IMG/VR virus record: IMGVR_UViG_3300011335_000408
Span: 1-29,367 of that record
From: a virus
Lineage: Duplodnaviria; Caudoviricetes
Direction: 5' to 3' (one strand)
Length of the DNA stretch: 29,367 bases
In this document: positions 26,977-29,367 of the stretch, one piece after another
Position numbering within the stretch: the stretch's first letter is position 1
Layout: every line of letters starts with the position of its first letter
The notes under the pieces: generated by a model
The model's database searches: none
What the model saw: the letters and a program-made list of their open reading frames with translations, nothing else
Told to the model about the DNA's origin: nothing
Translations under genes and position numbers: made by a program

Positions 26977-27729
26977 ATGAGCAATTACTTTATAGATACT
27001 AATCAAAAGCAAATTACATTTACAGACAATAGATTTTACACTGCAGAATCAGGTAAATTTATTCCAAGCGTTACAACCATTCTTAACGCCTTCCCAAAGG
27101 ACGCACATTTTTTCCAATGGCTTAAACAAGTAGGCAGTGAAGCTGATACCATTCGTGATGAAGCTGGCAGACGTGGCTCAATAGTACATACACTTACTGA
27201 GCGTTATGATGCTGGTGAGGAAGTTAACTTATTAGATAACGGAGGTAACATTGGTTACAAGATGTCTGAGTGGACTATGTTTGAGCGTTATGTAGAGTAC
27301 AGAAAGCAAGTAGAACAGGAAATAATGTATAGTGAAATCAACTTTATCAGTGAGCATTTAGGCTATGCTGGAACAATTGCCCGAGTAACGCAGATTAACG
27401 GCAAAAATTATCTTATTGACATCAAAACATCTAATACTATCTATGACCATTACTGGTGCCAATTAGCTGCATACAATCAGCTTATGATTGATGCTTACAA
27501 GTCTATGAACATCATTGATCATGTGGCAATCCTATGGCTTAATGCTAAGACCAGGACAGCAGGTAAAAATGGTGCTATTCAAGGTGCAGGCTGGCAGTTA
27601 ATCATTCGTGAAGATGCTGAGCGTGATAATGACTTAAAGTTATTCAATGCTACAAAGCTTTTATGGGATGCGCAAAATAGCGACATGAAGCCTAATAACA
27701 AATCTTATTCATTAACACATAAATTGTAA
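26977..27729 (+). CDS. PD-(D/E)XK (Cas4/RecB-like) exonuclease
   Basis: PSVTTIL, RGSIVH, YAGTIAR, LIDIKTS and QLAAY motifs. Confidence 0.85.
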   Translation: MSNYFIDTNQKQITFTDNRFYTAESGKFIPSVTTILNAFPKDAHFFQWLKQVGSEADTIRDEAGRRGSIVHTLTERYDAGEEVNLLDNGGNIGYKMSEWTMFERYVEYRKQVEQEIMYSEINFISEHLGYAGTIARVTQINGKNYLIDIKTSNTIYDHYWCQLAAYNQLMIDAYKSMNIIDHVAILWLNAKTRTAGKNGAIQGAGWQLIIREDAERDNDLKLFNATKLLWDAQNSDMKPNNKSYSLTHKL

Positions 27730-27732
27730 AAA

Positions 27733-27981
27733 ATGGGAAAAACAATTAAATTTAAAAGTGATATGCGTGATTTAAACGCTAATACTTTAGAAATGATGTT
27801 AGATGTCTATGAACCATATTTAGATGGTGAAAAATTTGTTGAATTAACACTTTCAAGTAAACCAAAATATGGACCAAACCCAGAAGATTATGATCCTGGT
27901 GTTGGTTTATGGATGATGTTTAACAAAACTACTGTTCAAGATTTAATAAATGAATTAGTAATGTTAAAAACTAAAATGTAA
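27733..27981 (+). CDS. Hypothetical protein (cassette X)
   Basis: ATG 3 nt after the nuclease stop. Confidence 0.7.
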   Translation: MGKTIKFKSDMRDLNANTLEMMLDVYEPYLDGEKFVELTLSSKPKYGPNPEDYDPGVGLWMMFNKTTVQDLINELVMLKTKM

Positions 27982-28028
27982 AATAAAATTACTTAAACGG
28001 TGGCACCGACACAGCCATATTTAAAACA

Positions 28029-28080
28029 ATGGGATCAATAATCAAAAATTCTGCCATTTACCTTACCATCAGTGATGGCA
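28029..28080 (+). repeat. Diverged copy of the 5' end of the SSB-like gene (28459-28510)
   Basis: 52 nt with 4 mismatches. Encodes MGSIIKNSAIYLTISDG versus MGQIIKNSAIYLTISDG. Confidence 0.95.
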
Positions 28081-28213
28081 ATTAATCATTCGTGAAGATA
28101 ATGAGCGTGAGAATGACTTAAAGTTATTCAATGCAACTAAACTTTTATGGGATGCGCAAAACAGCGACATGAAGCCTAATAACAAATCTTATTCATTAAC
28201 ACATAAATTGTAG
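28076..28213 (+). pseudogene. Diverged copy of the 3' end of the nuclease gene (27592-27729)
   Basis: 138 nt with 9 mismatches, no indels. Encodes WQLIIREDNERENDLK...THKL* with no start of its own. Confidence 0.95.
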
Positions 28214-28215
28214 TT

Positions 28216-28455
28216 ATGACACCAAAGGAGAAAGCAAAAGAGTTAATTGATAAATATTTAAAAGAAGATTTTAGATTAATACAAGAGTATATTCCAATCC
28301 CAATAATATTTGCTAAAGATTGTGCGTTAATTGTAGTTGATGAAATTATAAATGAATTAAATGAAAATAATGATTCAACTTATTCAATAAAAAGAATTAT
28401 TTTTTGGGGCGAAGTAAAACAACAAATAAAAGCTGATATCTTACTATCATTTTAA
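28216..28455 (+). CDS. Hypothetical protein (cassette Y)
   Basis: MTPKEKAKEL...AKDCALIVVDEII...FWGEVKQQI, recalled as a small family in Bacteroidota phages. Confidence 0.75.
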   Translation: MTPKEKAKELIDKYLKEDFRLIQEYIPIPIIFAKDCALIVVDEIINELNENNDSTYSIKRIIFWGEVKQQIKADILLSF

Positions 28456-28458
28456 CCA

Positions 28459-29019
28459 ATGGGACAAATAATAAAAAATTCTGCCATTTACCTTACCATC
28501 AGTGATGGTAGAATCTGCAGACGTGTGCAATCTCCCACAGCGACATCTAAGGAGAGAACAACAAAAGACGGTAAAGTAGTACACGAAGAGCAGTATCATG
28601 GCTGGAGTGGTAAAATTACCGACATCCAAACAAGGCAAACTGATTATGGTAAAGAGTGGAACGTAACCATTGAAGATGGGGACACCAAAGCATCTTTACA
28701 AATGAAGTACAGCAGTGGCTATGCTTCTGCATTCCTTAAAACTTTGCCAAATGTTGACTTGTCAAAAGATGTAGAATTGATGCCGAAATCTGAGACAACA
28801 GACGGCAAGACCAAGACCACAATGTTCATCAAACAGGATGGCAAAGCTATCAAATGGGCTTACACAAAAGACAACCCTAATGGCTTACCATCAATGAAAA
28901 AAATTAAGGTCAAAGGTGTTGACGTTTGGGATGATTCCGACATGATGGAGCATCTTGAAAACATGGTAAAATTTAAATTTGCAAACAGCAAACTGGATGA
29001 TTCAGACGTGCCGTTCTAA
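28459..29019 (+). CDS. Probable single-stranded DNA-binding/annealing protein
   Basis: Acidic C-terminal tip DDSDVPF, beta-rich core, adjacent to the exonuclease. Confidence 0.65.
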   Translation: MGQIIKNSAIYLTISDGRICRRVQSPTATSKERTTKDGKVVHEEQYHGWSGKITDIQTRQTDYGKEWNVTIEDGDTKASLQMKYSSGYASAFLKTLPNVDLSKDVELMPKSETTDGKTKTTMFIKQDGKAIKWAYTKDNPNGLPSMKKIKVKGVDVWDDSDMMEHLENMVKFKFANSKLDDSDVPF

Positions 29020-29031
29020 CCTAACAACTTT

Positions 29032-29127
29032 AATCAGGTGGCGGAATATGGCGCTAAAATAAGGAGGAGAGGTTACCGAGTCGCAAGCCATGCGAGAGCT
29101 TCACAGGTTCAAATCCTGTTCTGATTA
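29032..29127 (+). ncRNA. tRNA-like RNA 2 (non-canonical anticodon region)
   Basis: Acceptor AATCAGG/TCTGATT, TG, D arm GCG-GAATATGG-CGC, T arm ACAGG-TTCAAAT-CCTGT. About 48 nt between D and T arms without a standard anticodon arm. Confidence 0.75.
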
Positions 29128-29184
29128 AAATGGGGGTGCGACCATTCAACGCACATTTTAAATTATTTATCATCATCAAAACAA

Positions 29185-29367
29185 ATAAAAATGAGTACTA
29201 AAATTGAATACTTTGGAGATTTTATCAGCAGTATAATAATATCAGAAGACAGGTTTAAATACCTTGAAAATGCTGGAGTAGAAATATTATCGTGTGTAGA
29301 ATATAAAGACGGTAAACCAATAGCACAAGGTGAAAAGAAATTTGATATTACCTTTAAAGTAAATAAC
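29185..29367. repeat. Terminal direct repeat, copy 2
   Basis: Matches 1-183 with 2 mismatches. Confidence 0.95.

Noticed and set aside
27592-28213. Diversity-generating retroelement (VR/TR pair at a gene 3' end)
   Set aside because: Mismatches are not confined to adenines in either copy and are mostly synonymous. No reverse transcriptase is encoded.
3448-28638. All minus-strand ORFs and nested + strand ORFs (1262, 4122, 23977, 25961) in the track
   Set aside because: They are shadows of well-supported + strand genes or terminators, with no motifs or plausible expression signals.
29081-29095. tRNA-Gly(GCC) reading of mimic #2
   Set aside because: It needs a 4-bp stem, a loop starting AA with no U33, and about 26 unexplained nt after the D arm.
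1-29367. Prophage/att site or alternative genetic code
   Set aside because: No integrase or host flanks were seen. tRNA-like 3' ends are not duplicated. Genes are full-length in the standard code with TAA, TAG and TGA all used as stops.

Overview
This window is an essentially complete, circularised genome (about 29,184 bp; bases 1-183 recur at 29185-29367 with 2 mismatches) of a small AT-rich HK97-fold siphovirus. All credible genes are on the + strand. The host is probably Bacteroidota, judged from a TTTG-N21-TAnnTTTG promoter, A-rich Shine-Dalgarno-less starts and an A|Q signal peptide. Order: early/replication genes (PD-(D/E)XK nuclease, SSB-like protein, ECF sigma factor, SF2 helicase, HNH, VRR-NUC, primase-polymerase/helicase), an iteron-rich putative origin, terminase, portal, head, tail (with a -1 frameshift chaperone), fibre, and lysis (holins, metallophosphoesterase, u-spanin, GH24 endolysin). 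No integrase, CRISPR array or reverse transcriptase was recognised. The most unusual signals are: (1) two intergenic tRNA mimics that keep acceptor, D and T arms but have lost a readable anticodon arm; (2) a tail-fibre-like protein carrying a Sec signal peptide; (3) a chimeric nuclease-end/SSB-start duplication that places two alternative cassettes in tandem; (4) a frameshifted endolysin and a nuclease with a D-to-A change at a catalytic position; (5) a candidate late-promoter motif for the phage sigma factor. All calls are by eye; no database searches were run.
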